The notes under the pieces: generated by a model
Told to the model about the DNA's origin: nothing
Databases searched by the model: none
What the model saw: the letters and a program-made list of their open reading frames with translations, nothing else
NCBI RefSeq assembly: GCF_009834535.1
Contig: NC_045697.1
Location: forward strand, 45,014,001-45,078,000
From: Camelus ferus
Taxonomy: Eukaryota
Length of the DNA: 64,000 nucleotides
Direction of reading: 5' to 3'
Program-made: the position numbers and the translations under genes
Shown here: positions 24,241 to 36,299 of the stretch, piece by piece
How positions within the stretch are numbered: the first letter of the stretch is position 1
How the letters are laid out: every line of letters begins with the position of its first letter

Positions 24241-24899
24241 TTATATGTCTAGTCTTATGCTACCATATCCTTTGAATGAGAAAATAACCCAAGTTTGGGA
24301 AATCTCAGGATGTGCTACTACCACTGTCCTTTGTTAGATTTATCTTATGCCATTGAAACATTTAAAATGATCCACCACTGCCTTTTAAAAATTTGATTGA
24401 TCTGATTTAGACTTTATCCTACATTTCACATAAAAAATTAAAAGTGAGAAAATTATTACCAGCTTTTTGTTTGTTTGTTTGTTTTTTCACTTTTCCAAAA
24501 AAGAAAAGAAAAAAAGCAAACCATGGAGATGTGGCTTGGTGCACACGCTACTTACTGTCACACGTTTTCCTGAACATCTCTCTCTCTCTCTCTTTCTGCA
24601 TTCTTCCCTTAGTGCATAACCCGGCTGGACCAACAGTGGGTTTTGTGGCTAGGTAACCATGCTTAATTCTTTCTTTATGTTCATCACTGTGGATTTTCAA
24701 TAGACCTCTAGCAGGCTTGTTTATCTACCCCAAATATCTCAAAAATCCTTTTGAAAATGTGCACTGTTTCTCTGCCCTGAAGGTAAAACACAGCAACCTT
24801 GTTTAACAGCAAAGCTCACGTGGCTGGGAGTTGAGGAACAGCAGGGTTGATTGTCTTCCCTCTGGGTCTCGTCCTTATTTGTTCGCTAAGGGCTGAGGA

Positions 24900-25155
24900 G
24901 CAGAGCTGGAGAGGGGCGCACCGGCTGGCCGGCCAGAGCCGCGCCGTTGACGGGAAGGCAGCATATGGGGTGCCTTTCATGGGCCGCTCTGCCTGCAGAG
25001 TGTGTGAGAGGCAGACGGTGGCAGCAGACCTCGGGGCAGAGTTAATCTGTATCCCCAGGGGTACAGAGGATTTCCAAATCTTTAAGCCACCCCGACTGGT
25101 CTCGGGAAATCCAGACTAACAGAGCAGAGGGTGATTCGGACCCAGAACGGACGGT
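24900..25155. promoter_or_regulatory. Small non-repeat CpG-rich patch (candidate promoter/enhancer)
   Basis: About 15 CpGs counted by eye in ~250 bp, against a CpG-depleted background; no repeat similarity recognised. Confidence 0.35.
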
Positions 25156-25852
25156 AGAAAGTGATACTGGAATGGAACTTGGTATCTACCTACCGATCCC
25201 TCCCCTGGCCTGGAGTCCCAGTGTTATCTCCTTAGTGACATATGCTGTGGTATTTTATCTTACCCTCTAAGGAGGAGCAAGGTGGACATATGGGGAAGTG
25301 ACGTTCAGTGCATCCAGTAAGAACACTAAGCAACAAACTCTGATCAGCCTTGAATCATTTTTGCGAGATGATGTAAGGACTTAAAGCTAGGAGTTGTTTT
25401 CTCTGAAGCCAGTGCCTGGATAACTCTTTAAAATAGCCAGAGAAATTAATTTGCTGACGATTCTGAAACACAACTATAACTTTCCATTCGCATAATTTGT
25501 GCCAGCTTCTGCTTTGTCCTCTGTGAGTACTCACCAGACATACAGAATTGGTCTACTCTACAGCACAAATGAGAACTTACTATCCTTACTTAGGTTATTT
25601 CTTCTTCGTAGGTGAAGGTAGGATAGAAAGGTATAAATAACATGAACATCACTTATTCAATTGGGATTTTCCTTTGAAGAACTCTGTATTTATCAGTTTA
25701 ACTTGCACCATGGATGTATTCTGAAGCACTTACCTTTAGTAGAGCCTGTTACTTTGAAGTTCCAGGTCCCTCTCTAAACCTTTTCCAGGCTAAGAGTTTC
25801 TCATCTTCCTTGGTTAAGGGATGTTTTCAATTCGAAATACTCTTGGTTAAAG

Positions 25853-26051
25853 AGCTGGTTCTCAGTGGTGGACAGTCCAACCTGAAGGGTGTTTAGCAAC
25901 GTGCTGTCACAGAGACAGAGGGGACCACTGGATATAGTGGATGGGGCAAGAGATGCTAAACGTCTTGCTATGTGAGGGACAGTCCCGCACGACAATGAAT
26001 TTTCCCACCCAGAATGTGAACAGAGCCCCCGCCCCCCGCATTGAAAAGCTG
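25853..26051 (+). mobile_element. MER20-like hAT-Charlie element
   Basis: tggttctca...gatgctaaacgtcttgc...gggacagtcccgcacgacaatgaatt...ttgaaaagctg. Confidence 0.7.
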
Positions 26052-26409
26052 AGCCCGAGTTGTTAGCGGATAGAGAGACCCCCAAATTGGAAAGCCTGCC
26101 AAATGTGTGGGTCCCTGCCTGCTGTTTGAGAAAGAATTCTCAGCTGAGGCAGGTGGACAAAGTGAAATGCTGTTTTATTAACAGAGTCACATTCCTGGGC
26201 TGTTGTGTGGACTGGTGTGTACTTGTCTCTGTGTCCTGGGCTGACAACCATAAAGAGCAGACGCAGGAAGGTCTGATGCAGTTAGAGCACCGCCTGGGTC
26301 TGGGTGCTCACTGCCCTTCCTGCCTCCTCATGATCTGGACTCAGCTGAACCACCTCCCCCTGCAGCCTCAGTCCTGCCACCTTAGGCAGGCTGTTGACAA
26401 CAACTAGCA

Positions 26410-26625
26410 TGCACTGAGTGTGTACTTGGCGTCAGGGAAGATGCTGGATGACTTGTTAATACATGATTTAATTTTGTTACCACAGTAATCCCAAAAGGAG
26501 GACATTATAATCTCCTTCACAAAAATGACACATGATGTTTTGAGGGGTTAAATCATTTGCTTATAGTCATGCAGAGGGAACAGAGAAGACTGCAGAGCTG
26601 GCATTTGTTCCCGCATCTGTACACT
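26410..26625 (-). mobile_element. MIR SINE
   Basis: cacagtaatccc...gaggggttaaatcatttgc...gcagagctggcatttg. Confidence 0.6.
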
Positions 26626-26719
26626 ATGACACCCTACCCTGGGGTCTGCTGAGCTGCGCTGTTTCCCCAGCCTTTGTCTCTTCGGCAGACAGACCGTGCG
26701 TGGGCTCCCCTGCCAGCTC

Positions 26720-27030
26720 GCTCACCCTACGTGCTACTCCCTCTGCTAGGAAACTTCTTTCTTCCTCATCCTTATCCCAGGCTCCTTCATCTGGCTGATT
26801 CCTACTTGGTTTCCAATATTATTTCCTTGGGGAACCCTTGGTGACTTTCCCCACTTTGGGTTAGGAGCGCATCTCTGTGCACCCTGTATGTCCCCAGTCG
26901 TGGGCAATAATGACAATGTTACAACTGCAGTTCACATGTCTACACCCCTTACTAGACACCAAGGGACTGTGGCTTGTTCCGCACTCTGTCGCTGATGGCT
27001 AGCTCGGGTCTGGCACAGATGAGCCGCTAC
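26720..27030 (+). mobile_element. L2 3' fragment
   Basis: ctactccctctgctagg...ctggctgattcctact...gtctggcacaga. Confidence 0.55.
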
Positions 27031-27624
27031 ACAGATGTGTGCGGGGTGTGGAGACAGTGGCCTGAGCTCACCCCTCTGGCTCTTACCATTCCTGGACTGA
27101 TGGGTCCTACCCCCTAACCCCAGCCCTCTCTGATCACAATTAGCCTTCTTGATTGGGACCCCTGGCGAGGCCACCTCTAGTGGGGAGCATGAGCAGAGCT
27201 TGAGTGGGAGACGAGCACTGGTGGATATGGAAGAGGGGGATTTCATGAGAGAGGGGGCCGAGAATTTGTGGCCCCACAGCAGGACTTATGGGACAAGTGC
27301 GACCAACTGTCATAATGTGGACTCCCTGGGCCATGTAAGGAATTAGAAATCGCTTCCTGATCCACCAACTTCCTCTAACCTATTGCAATCAAATGAAAAC
27401 CCAACCTGGATCCAGTGGGGTTCCCACCCCCAAAACCTCCAAGTGACTTGATAGAAAAAAAGTTGTGGGTTTTATGAGAAAAACAACAGGGAAGACACGT
27501 TTCTTGAGTAATGCTGTTGGCATTTAACATTAAAGAAAACCGGTTCATCACTCAGAAGTCGGCAACTCAGGCACGTTTTTATAGGATTATCTCGATCCTC
27601 AGCATAATTATGACCTCGTGATGA

Positions 27625-27840
27625 TACCTACTGTGTGCCAGGGCACTGCACGTGAGCCTGTGTGGGTTCATCTGTTTGCTTACTTCTTTTTCTCCCTAAT
27701 ATTTACCACAATCCTAAGGCTTGGGTGTCATTTCCCCTCTTTCCCACATAGGGAGCAAAGATTCAATCACTTGCCCAAGGTCATGCACCTGGTAAAAGGG
27801 CTGAGACGGAATCTGAACTCAGGTCTGTCTGAATGAAAAG
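27625..27840 (-). mobile_element. MIR SINE
   Basis: acctactgtgtgccaggg...cacaatccta...cacttgcccaaggtca...gaactcaggtctgtctga. Confidence 0.75.
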
Positions 27841-28899
27841 TCTGATGAGTCGCTGGTTGCCTCATGCAAAAGCATCTTTGCTCTCATCTGGTACTGGCTT
27901 CTCCTCCCCACAGACCTTTGCTTCCTCATTCTTACAGAGACAGCTTCTCTGTCACATGGGATGAGCCCTGTGGCCCAAGAAGGAATGATAGGGGTGGGTG
28001 TGTGAAGAGGAGGAGACTTGGCTTTTCTTGGCCAAAAAATGTGATAAAACCTCTGCCAAGCTGCAAGCGGACGTGAACGGGAAGTCTTTCTTTTCCTTTC
28101 GGACTGCTTTCCATAAGCAGATATGATTAAAGATGCCCCGGGTCAAAGACTTTACCTCACTTGGTTTATTCTTATCCAAATGTTCCTTTTTTACACGCAG
28201 AACAATATTCAGTCTGGCTCAGCCCGGAAACCTGTACTCAGAAATAGATCCTCCTGAACATCATCAAAATGCTTCCTGCTCCTCTGGGCTAGACCAGCCC
28301 GGGGCCGCCTGACCTGCAATTATCGTGGCTCTGCCAGTCTCCTGTGCCCATTCACTTTGTCAGTCTATACTCATTTCCAGGCAGTGTGAAGAGAAGAGTT
28401 TTTTTTTCCTGCAGCTCACATCCTCCCAGTCTCCAGAGGCAAGCGTGACTGCTATAAGTCCAATCGAATTTGCAATTCCCAGGTTAGCCTTTATCACTGT
28501 TGTGCAAACACTGTCCTCCTGAAAACCTGTCTGGGGCGGCTTTCGATACCTCGGTGTCGCCTGACTCCATGAGGTCAGAGTAGAAAAGCTCACTTTCCTC
28601 TGCACACAGTGCTGCCACGCCAGCATGGATTGGGCCTTGTCATGCCATGAAAGGGCTGCTCTTGTCTGAAGTGTCCCCCACGTTGGCGGCTGGGTCATCA
28701 CTTAATACAGGAAATGAGTAAGTGGAAGTGGGGAGGGGGGTGGTTGTAAGTGTTCCCTGGTGGTTAAATATCTTAAGTGTGTACATAAGTGTGCCCATTC
28801 CTGTCATTTTCTGTCCTGGATCCCCCCTGTGAACACAGGACAATGTCACAAGGCGTATGATGCAGATAATCACATGACGTGGGGCACAGACATACTGAG

Positions 28900-28933
28900 A
28901 GCTTGTCATCAAGAGGAGTGTTGATGACAAGCT
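28900..28933. repeat. Perfect 13-bp inverted repeat with 8-bp spacer
   Basis: AGCTTGTCATCAA-gaggagtg-TTGATGACAAGCT; the arms are exact reverse complements. Confidence 0.95.
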
Positions 28934-29789
28934 GGTGAGGGCTCTGTTTCCATCGTCCGGAGAGAGAAGCTGATGGGAGGGGGATTTCGGCATCCCAGCC
29001 TTGCCTGTCAGCACCGATGCAATCAGCTTTTGATAACTTAGAGGCTGTTTTTCTGCTCAGTGAATGATTTAGGGCCTTTTACTCTGTGATTGCCAGCACT
29101 TCTTTCCCAAGAAGGGCAGAGGGAGGGGAAATGAGATGAAACTCCAACACGTCCATTTTCCAAGGCGTTGGCAGCTTCACTGAGGGAGAATAACTTGCCT
29201 TGGAACGGTTTTGGGAGGAAGGATATTTACTGTATCTGAATGACTCTGTTCCTTAGAGTTGATGCAGATGAGGAATTTTTTTAGAAACCCGGGAAGCTGG
29301 GGCTCGCGTTCCTGTGCTCCAAGTCTAGAATGTCCCCGTCTCTGATGAAAGAGCTCGCCCAGCGCGGGGCGCCGTCGAACACACTGCCTCCTGAAACGCC
29401 TCCTCTTGTTTCCCTTGGCCTGAATCTTCTCACTTCTCTCCTACCTGCTGACACATCCTTCACCTCCTTTGCTGGTTCCTACTTTTCCCACTCAGCCCGG
29501 TGATGGGGGAGCTGCCTTAGGATCCATAGTCACCAACCTCCTCTGCTCCATCCTCTTCCCACTGCGATCCCACCCACTCCTCTGTCCTCACTCACACTTA
29601 GATCCTTTCCTGTCAGAAAACATCTCACTGCCTTCTGGGTATCAACATGCTCACTTCTAGCAGGCATCCAGGCTTCATTAGTCAACAAACTAAACTATGG
29701 TCCCTCCCCCGCCTCTGCACCACCTAGGCCCCCAGTCCTCACAAATGCTTGTCATCATTAAGGATTTCCTTTTATTGCTCGTAGAGCAA

Positions 29790-30330
29790 AAATTGCTTCA
29801 CATTCTTTGAAAAAAAAATCTGGAAGGCACAGTTCCAAAGAAAAGTTCATATATCCTTTAACCCAGCAATCCCACTTTTGGGTTCTCTTATTGAAATCAA
29901 GTCATATCTCTACATGAGAGTATGGGGGGAGGGTATAGCTCAATGGTAGAATGCGTGCTTAGCATGCACGAGGCTCTGGGTTCAATCCCCAGCATCTCCA
30001 TTAATAACAAAAACAAAAGTTTATAGGTAAGAATGTTTATTGTCCATAGCGGTGGGAGCTTGGGAACAACCTAAATGCCCTTCTGGGGAGAACAGATGAC
30101 AGTGAATTATAGCCACTGCAGCTATTTGATGTGAAAAGATGTCCTTGGTGTATTCTGAAGTCAAAAAGCAACTTGCAAAGTAGTATGTATAATATTATCT
30201 AATTATTGTACCAACAAAACAAAAATAGAAAAGTCCTATATGTGTATATGTGTTGTGTGCTTGAAAGGACACGAGGAAGGCCATGGAAGGATATTCAGCA
30301 GACGGTTAGTATTGTTTCCCTGGGCGGGGC
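29790..30330 (+). mobile_element. Old L1 3' fragment interrupted by a SINE
   Basis: cctttaacccagcaatcccacttttggg...tgggaacaacctaaatgccc...gtagtatgtataat. Confidence 0.6.
29924..30018 (+). mobile_element. Vic-1-type SINE, short form (tRNA-Ala head plus A-rich tail)
   Basis: ggggggagggtatagctcaatggtagaatgcgtgcttagcatgcacgaggctctgggttcaatccccagcatctcca, then taataacaaaaacaaaa. Confidence 0.9.
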
Positions 30331-30566
30331 AGCAGCCAGGAGGGCTGAGCATGTGTTGCTTTTGTAATATTTGGAAAAATATTTAATTGCTCATCCTCCT
30401 GTATTTCTTGCTAGTCACTCAAGTAAGAATCTTAGCATCACCTAAGGCACCTCCTTCCCGCTTCCTCTTTCCAGTGAGTCATTGTTTTTGTGTTTGCATC
30501 CTCCACTAGACTATACATTTCATTGGGAGCCAGGAAGCGAGGGCCTTCTGCATCGCACTTGGCAGA

Positions 30567-30619
30567 TATCGCTCAGTATTATGATTATTGATGTATCGCT
30601 CAGTATATGATTATTGATG
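30567..30619. repeat. 27/26-bp tandem duplication
   Basis: tatcgctcagtattatgattattgatg followed by tatcgctcagtat-atgattattgatg. Confidence 0.95.
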
Positions 30620-31677
30620 TGAAATGAAGTTTTCCGTGTCATTGCTCCATATTTCTATTATGTATATATCTCTAGGTTTTTATTTCTAACTCAGAATGAT
30701 ACCAGTGCTTTGATCAAAACCCTCAATGCACATCCCCTTCTTCCACCCCTGCTCTGGAAAATATGCCCTTGGAATATAAAGTATTACAAAATGTACCCTT
30801 CCATCCCAAGTTTGCTTATTTGCTCTTCTCTTATAGATATTTTTACTTAACTCTGCATCCTACTTTCATTGTCATTTAGAATCCCTTGGATGGGAGGCAG
30901 ATAAACGGGATGAGCAGCCCCATGAAGGGCTGTGCGCATATTTGCCCTGAAATAAGCAAAGAACAGCACGTGTGTCAAACATAATGATGAAGAATTTGGT
31001 CCAAACATCCAGGTGTCTCCTGAGGTCAAAGCTTTGGCAATATGAAACCACAACATTCAGACATTTTCGAACCAATTCTTAAAATAGTCTGATCTCTACA
31101 CTAAAGATTACATAGGGAACTTTCTGCCACACCCAAGGGAACCTTTCAGCACACCCACGCCCTTCATACACCCACACCCACAGCCAAACACACACACACT
31201 GCATTGAACTTTGCCTGAACCCCAACTTGCTGAATCATGATTTTGCTGGATTTGCTCCAGTGGCTTTCCAGGACTGATAGTTCACTTTTGAGTCGCCTAA
31301 AAGGGGAGTGGTAGACGTGCAGTCAGACTTGATGGGTGAATTGCTCCACCGATCTTTGTACCAATTCTGCATATATTATTTTGGTCTGCATCCCAGAGCC
31401 TGGAACAGATTCTGATACAAAGATCTGCAACTGCCCATCCTCACAGTGTGTGGGATCACACAGCACACTGACCAGGCATGCAAATAAGCAAGTACATGGG
31501 ATCTCTGAAAGCAGATTGAGTTCAGTGATCAGCATGCTGTTTATATCCCCAGCGGTTTTTGGACTGAGAGTTTGCAATATCCATCACGATGCTCCTGGAA
31601 GTTGTTGTGTATCACGATTGCCATTTTACTAATAGGGGAAGTGGAGACACTGACTTATCCATAAAAATGCTGCTCAT

Positions 31678-32012
31678 AACAAATATATGATATCACTTTT
31701 GTGTAGAATCTAAAAAATCACACAAATGAACTTATTTACAAAATAGAAACAGACTCACAGACATAGAAAACAAACTTATGGTTACTAACAGGGAAAGAGT
31801 GGGGGAGGGATAAATTAGGAATTTGGGATTTGCAGATACAAAGTACTATATGTAAAATAGATAAACAACAAGGTCCTACTGTATAGCACAGGGAACTATA
31901 TTCAATATCTTGTAACAATCTATAATGAAAAAGAAAATATATATGTATAACTGAATCACTATGCTGTGCGACAGAAGATAACACAGCATTGTAAATCAAC
32001 TATACTTCAGTA
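31678..32012 (+). mobile_element. L1 3' UTR fragment with degenerate TSD
   Basis: gaaacagactcacagacatagaaaacaaacttatggttac...acaaggtcctactgtatagcacagggaactatattcaatatc...gtaaatcaactatacttca; flanks aaaatgctgctcat / aaactactgctcgt. Confidence 0.92.
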
Positions 32013-33464
32013 AGAAACTACTGCTCGTGAGAGATAGAATCCGGCATTCCATTGAAGAATATAAACTCTGCAAATAGTGAAATCCATGTAGTTAAAAATA
32101 ATTGGCGTGAAACAGATTGTCCCTAAAGAATGCTGCCCTTTGTGATGTCATCCATACAGTTGTGATAGATCAATAAGTTCCAGGCTGAACATAACCAGCA
32201 GTTAGAATTTCATACCGGAATTATGCTTCTTGAATCCTCTGTGTGTGGGTTCTGCGTTTTTAAGGGTTGATGTCAAGCTAATAACTGTTAGGGGACTGTA
32301 TTTCCCTCTATTGGTAGTGAATTCTGGATATGGCCTCTTTGCTCCAATCAGTTGACTATTCTGATTGGAGTCAGCCCTTTGTAAAGATATTCTTACGCAT
32401 CTTGGCTGTTTATTGAGCCCTCCTTCTCTACAACCCACCTCCCCAAATAAGCAGGAAATACTACCCCAAGCGGCAAAATGTCCTCTGAGCGAGCATAATC
32501 TCCTAGCATCAGAAGTTAGTGGGAGCTTTGCCAGGGGAGAGAAATTAGAAATCAGACCATAAAAATAAATGAATCTGTTTCCATAGTGACGGGAACCTTT
32601 CTCCTCGTAGTTTTTATCCCGTGTTCCCCCATGGATCCCTTAGGCAGAATAACAATCAACTCGAAGAAAACATTTTATTATCCTAATGGATTCTTAATTT
32701 AAAGCCAAAAGCCTTTAAATTATCTTCCCAAGGATACCATTGGCCGTAACTTTTGGAATTGAATACCTGAACAGAGTTGCAGGAGGAATATCACTTTCCA
32801 GAATCCAGCCAAGCAGGAGAGGCGGGGTGGGGAAGACCTCGTGGGTTCCACAAGCGTTTTGTATGCAGCTTTCCTGATGGGTAACACACCTGTCATGTTA
32901 AATATTTCATTGGTGAAGGAAATGTGCATCTGTCTGTGTTCATCTGCTGAGTGAAATTCTGCACCGATGAAGCCTGTGTGTGTGCAGTGAACATGACAGG
33001 GCTGCCTCATTACACCCCTAAATCGTATTCCACAGCAACTGGGGGATCTGTACTAGCAGCAAAGCCTGAGCCACTGCTCTTTACCCACCAGCCAGCTCCA
33101 GGGAGCCCTTTACCTTTGTTTCTGCAGCTGCGACTGGTCCTGCCTCTGCCCATCACACTGAAGAGGCTGAGGGCAGCTGTAGTGTGGGAAGTGCGGCTGC
33201 AGAGACAAAGGACCCAGAGGAGCAAATTCCTGGGCAGAAATGTCCTAGGGTGCAGGTGAGAAACCAGGTGGAAATGTCCTGGTATCAACATGGCAAAGTC
33301 TTAAGACAGGTGGTCGGTCCATGTGTGGAATGGTGCACGAATGGAAATTATTTCAGCGTTGTTGCAAAACCAAATGAGAAAGGTCTGAGTAAATACCCTT
33401 GTTTCTGTGAAGTCATCTCGATAGAAAAAAAGTCATGACTTCCTTCCTTAGTCCCTTATGAGTC

Positions 33465-33595
33465 CCTTATATGTCCCAGTTTTCTTGGAAGGTTTAGGGT
33501 TTACTTCTGTTGTCCCAGGGTAATGATTAATGCCACCTCTTTCCATTCTCAAAAGTATCTTAAAGGTTTAAACAATAAATGTGAAAGTCACCCTG
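33465..33595 (-). mobile_element. MER94-like hAT-Blackjack element
   Basis: atgtcccagttt...gttgtcccagggtaatgattaat...ctcaaaagt...gtcaccctg. Confidence 0.7.
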
Positions 33596-34993
33596 CTTAC
33601 AGTCCACAAATGTAAGTCTAATCTTCCACCACAGACATTATCTCTCATTTCTTTCCATAAATATTACGTGCTGTTTCTAGATGGATTTGTGCGACTTGCC
33701 CATAACGTAGCAGCTGCCAGGGGTAGGCCCTTTCGAGCTAAAGATAAGTGGAGCCATGAAGACATGATCTCAAGATGAAAAGTGGAAAATGGAGTCGCTT
33801 TTTCCTTACATTTTAATACTTAAGTTGTATCATCAGAGCCCATGATTAGTTTTGCACGCTAGATGCAAATTTCTCGAGGACAAAGAGAAAGTATTACTTA
33901 TCTTTCTATTGCCAGGGGCACTGATAGGCGTTCAGTAGAAGTGTGTAGCTGCAGTCATGAATGAATAAATACAGCGGTAGTAAAGAGGGGGTTTATTTGG
34001 GCTCACCATCAAGCGGACTTTGGAGGAGTGGAGTTGGGTACTAATACATGACAGCGGGATGGATAAGGCAGGAGGGAAAAAGGAATTTCAGGGACTATCA
34101 TTTTCTCTCTTCTCATCATTCATTAGCTTTTTGAAATTACAAAATTATTACATGTTTATTGCATACAACTTAGAAATAGAAATAGGCAATTTAAAAAGAT
34201 TTTAAAAATCGCTCACTTCCCAGAATAATCTAGATGGACTTTTCGGGGTTCTGGCATGTCTTGTGTTTCCCACACATGAATGTGTGTCTGTATATTCGTG
34301 TGGTTTTCGGCACACCATTTCTTATCAGCGTCACTGTTCTGGGGGGGCACTGCACTGTTGCCATTAGCAAGAATTTTCATGAAGTACAGTCTACCACTGC
34401 TTCTTCAGATGGCAAATGTGAGCCTCGAATCGTTTGGAGAATTTAGGGGTGGAAGAGAAACTTGAAGAAAGAGTGGGGATTGTTTTCATTACTCTATTTG
34501 GACTCGAGTTTTCCATATCCTTTTCAAGGATGTTCTGCCCAAGTCTTCTAAGATCAAATGAGTACAGTCGGGAACACTGGATTTGGAATCGGAAGATTGG
34601 TACCTATATTCTGAATTAATCATTTATTTGTTTTCTGAACCTGGGCCAATTCTTTAACCAGTCTGAGCCTCAGCTGTATCACTGGGAAGGCATCTATTCT
34701 CACTACACACCATCAATATTAGGATCCAATGAAATCAGAGACTTACTTGAAGGTCTAGGCAGTGATCAGTAGATGGCGGCTGATGTTAAGAGCGGTAAAT
34801 ATGTTCTTTATAGTTCCTGAAGGAATGGTGCCGTCGTGAAAAACAAAAGGATTTAGGGCATGGAATTGGGTTTGAGACTGTACTTAGCCCACAGTGACTG
34901 TGATTTTAAGGCAATTTGTTTAACTTTTTTGAGCCTTTGTTTCCTCAGCTACCTGAAATCAATTATAGAGTGTTAAATTAACAGAGTTTCACA

Positions 34994-35064
34994 TAGTAGT
35001 AGTAGTAGTAATAATAATAATAATAACAACAACAACAACATGCTGCTGGTGGTGGTGATGATGA
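34994..35064. repeat. Compound trinucleotide microsatellite (TAG)5(TAA)6(CAA)4CA(TGC)2(TGG)3(TGA)3
   Basis: Read directly. Confidence 0.92.
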
Positions 35065-35195
35065 ATTAGAGTTGCAGAGACAAGGAAGAGAAGAGGAAGA
35101 AGAGTTTATCATGCTGTTAGAAAGATCGATGAGAAAATGACATTTTATTATTATTCCTTACGTCCCACCCTTTCAAACTGAGGTCTGTCTTATTT

Positions 35196-35371
35196 CAGCT
35201 GATTTCAACCATGGCTGTGCATTAGCATCCCTGGGAAAGTGGAGAAAAACAAGCCAAAACTAGTACCTGAGACCTTGCTGAATGCAAGGTTCTGAGGGGT
35301 TACATTGGATGTCATTATTTTTAAAAGCTCCTGAGATCATTGTCATAAGCTGTCAGGGCTGAGAACCACTG
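35196..35371. mobile_element. MER5-type element
   Basis: tcaaccatggctgtgcattag...tttttaaaagctc...agggctgagaaccactg (terminal inverted repeat). Confidence 0.65.
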
Positions 35372-35721
35372 CTATATGTCCATGCCTCCAGAAGGAAGCT
35401 ACTGGTAAGAAGTATGACTCATTTTCACAACTCCGAAGGGCTTGGACAGGAAACGTGTTTGGACCCCAAACCCCAAGTTGTCAAGAAGATGGAGAAACCG
35501 GGGGAGGAGGCCAGTCCGTGGAAAGTAGCTTCCTCCCAAGTGCTGGGTGTTTACAGCACCAAGTTCACAGGCGGTGGTGCGCTCAGCTCAGCAGTGAGGC
35601 CTCATTGCGATTCTGGGCATTCAGCCCATGTCTGGATAACTGCGGCAAGCCCCTCACTGTCTCTCGTCTCTAGTCTTAATCCTTGCAAAGCTGCTTTCCA
35701 CACAGTCCAGCAGCAGAAGCC

Positions 35722-36270
35722 TGTTTGTTTTCTACCCCTGCATAGCAAATCACCACCAACATGGTGGCATCAAACCACACCCACTTGTCAGCACACATTG
35801 CTGGAGATACAGAGCAGCTGGATTCTCTGCTCAGGATCTCACCAGGCTGAAATCAAGGTGTTGGTTGGCTGTGTTCTCAGCTGGAACTGAAGATGTTGTT
35901 CCCAGCCCCTTCAGGTTGCTGATAGAACTGTTGTCAGATTGAGGCTTCAGTTACCCTCCTGCCTGTCAGCTAGGGGCCACCCTGAGCTTCCGCACACCAT
36001 TCCCATTTCTTGTCACACAGCCTCTCCAGCAACGGAGAGTTTCCCTCATGCCAAATTTATTTCATGTTTTGAATCTCTTGCGCTCGGACTAGCTCAGCCC
36101 CTTTGAAGGGCTCACCTGATTAGGGCAGGCTCACCAAGGATACTCTCCCTATCTTAAAGTCACTTGACTTGGGACCTTAATCACATCTGCAAAATTAGTA
36201 TTTAATTCAATAACTGACGGATGATATGTGTACACAATGGGCTGGAAATTTGAGGGACTACCTTAGAATT
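35722..36270 (-). mobile_element. MLT1D/E-type MaLR LTR
   Basis: gctggattctctgctcaggatctcaccaggctgaaatcaaggtgttgg...aagggctcacctgattagg...gggaccttaatcacatctgcaaaat. Confidence 0.8.
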
Positions 36271-36299
36271 ACGAAGTCCAAATATATGCTCAGAACTTT

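Noticed and set aside
25523..25534. Palindrome GTGAGTACTCAC with splice-donor consensus on both strands
   Set aside because: A 12-bp palindrome is expected by chance at this window size, and no convincing paired acceptor was found.
27169..27183. CTCF-like motif (reverse complement CCACTAGAGGTGGCC)
   Set aside because: Mismatches at the key GGC positions of the core.
29342..29400. Hammerhead ribozyme core (CTGATGA...GAA)
   Set aside because: No stem II closes directly between CUGAUGA and a GAAA, and no stem I/III is evident. Other CTGATGA hits I checked (e.g. 14773, 27842) also fail.
29924..30000. Apparent tRNA-Ala(AGC) gene (also at 18879, 21360-21439 and 47830)
   Set aside because: Extra G-rich leader, disrupted D-stem or T-loop, A-rich tails and TSDs show these are Vic-1-type SINE copies, not tRNA genes.
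30984..31092. C/D-box snoRNA (ATGATGA...CTGA)
   Set aside because: The nearest D box gives only ~40 nt, the farther one has no terminal stem, and no rRNA antisense element was recognised.
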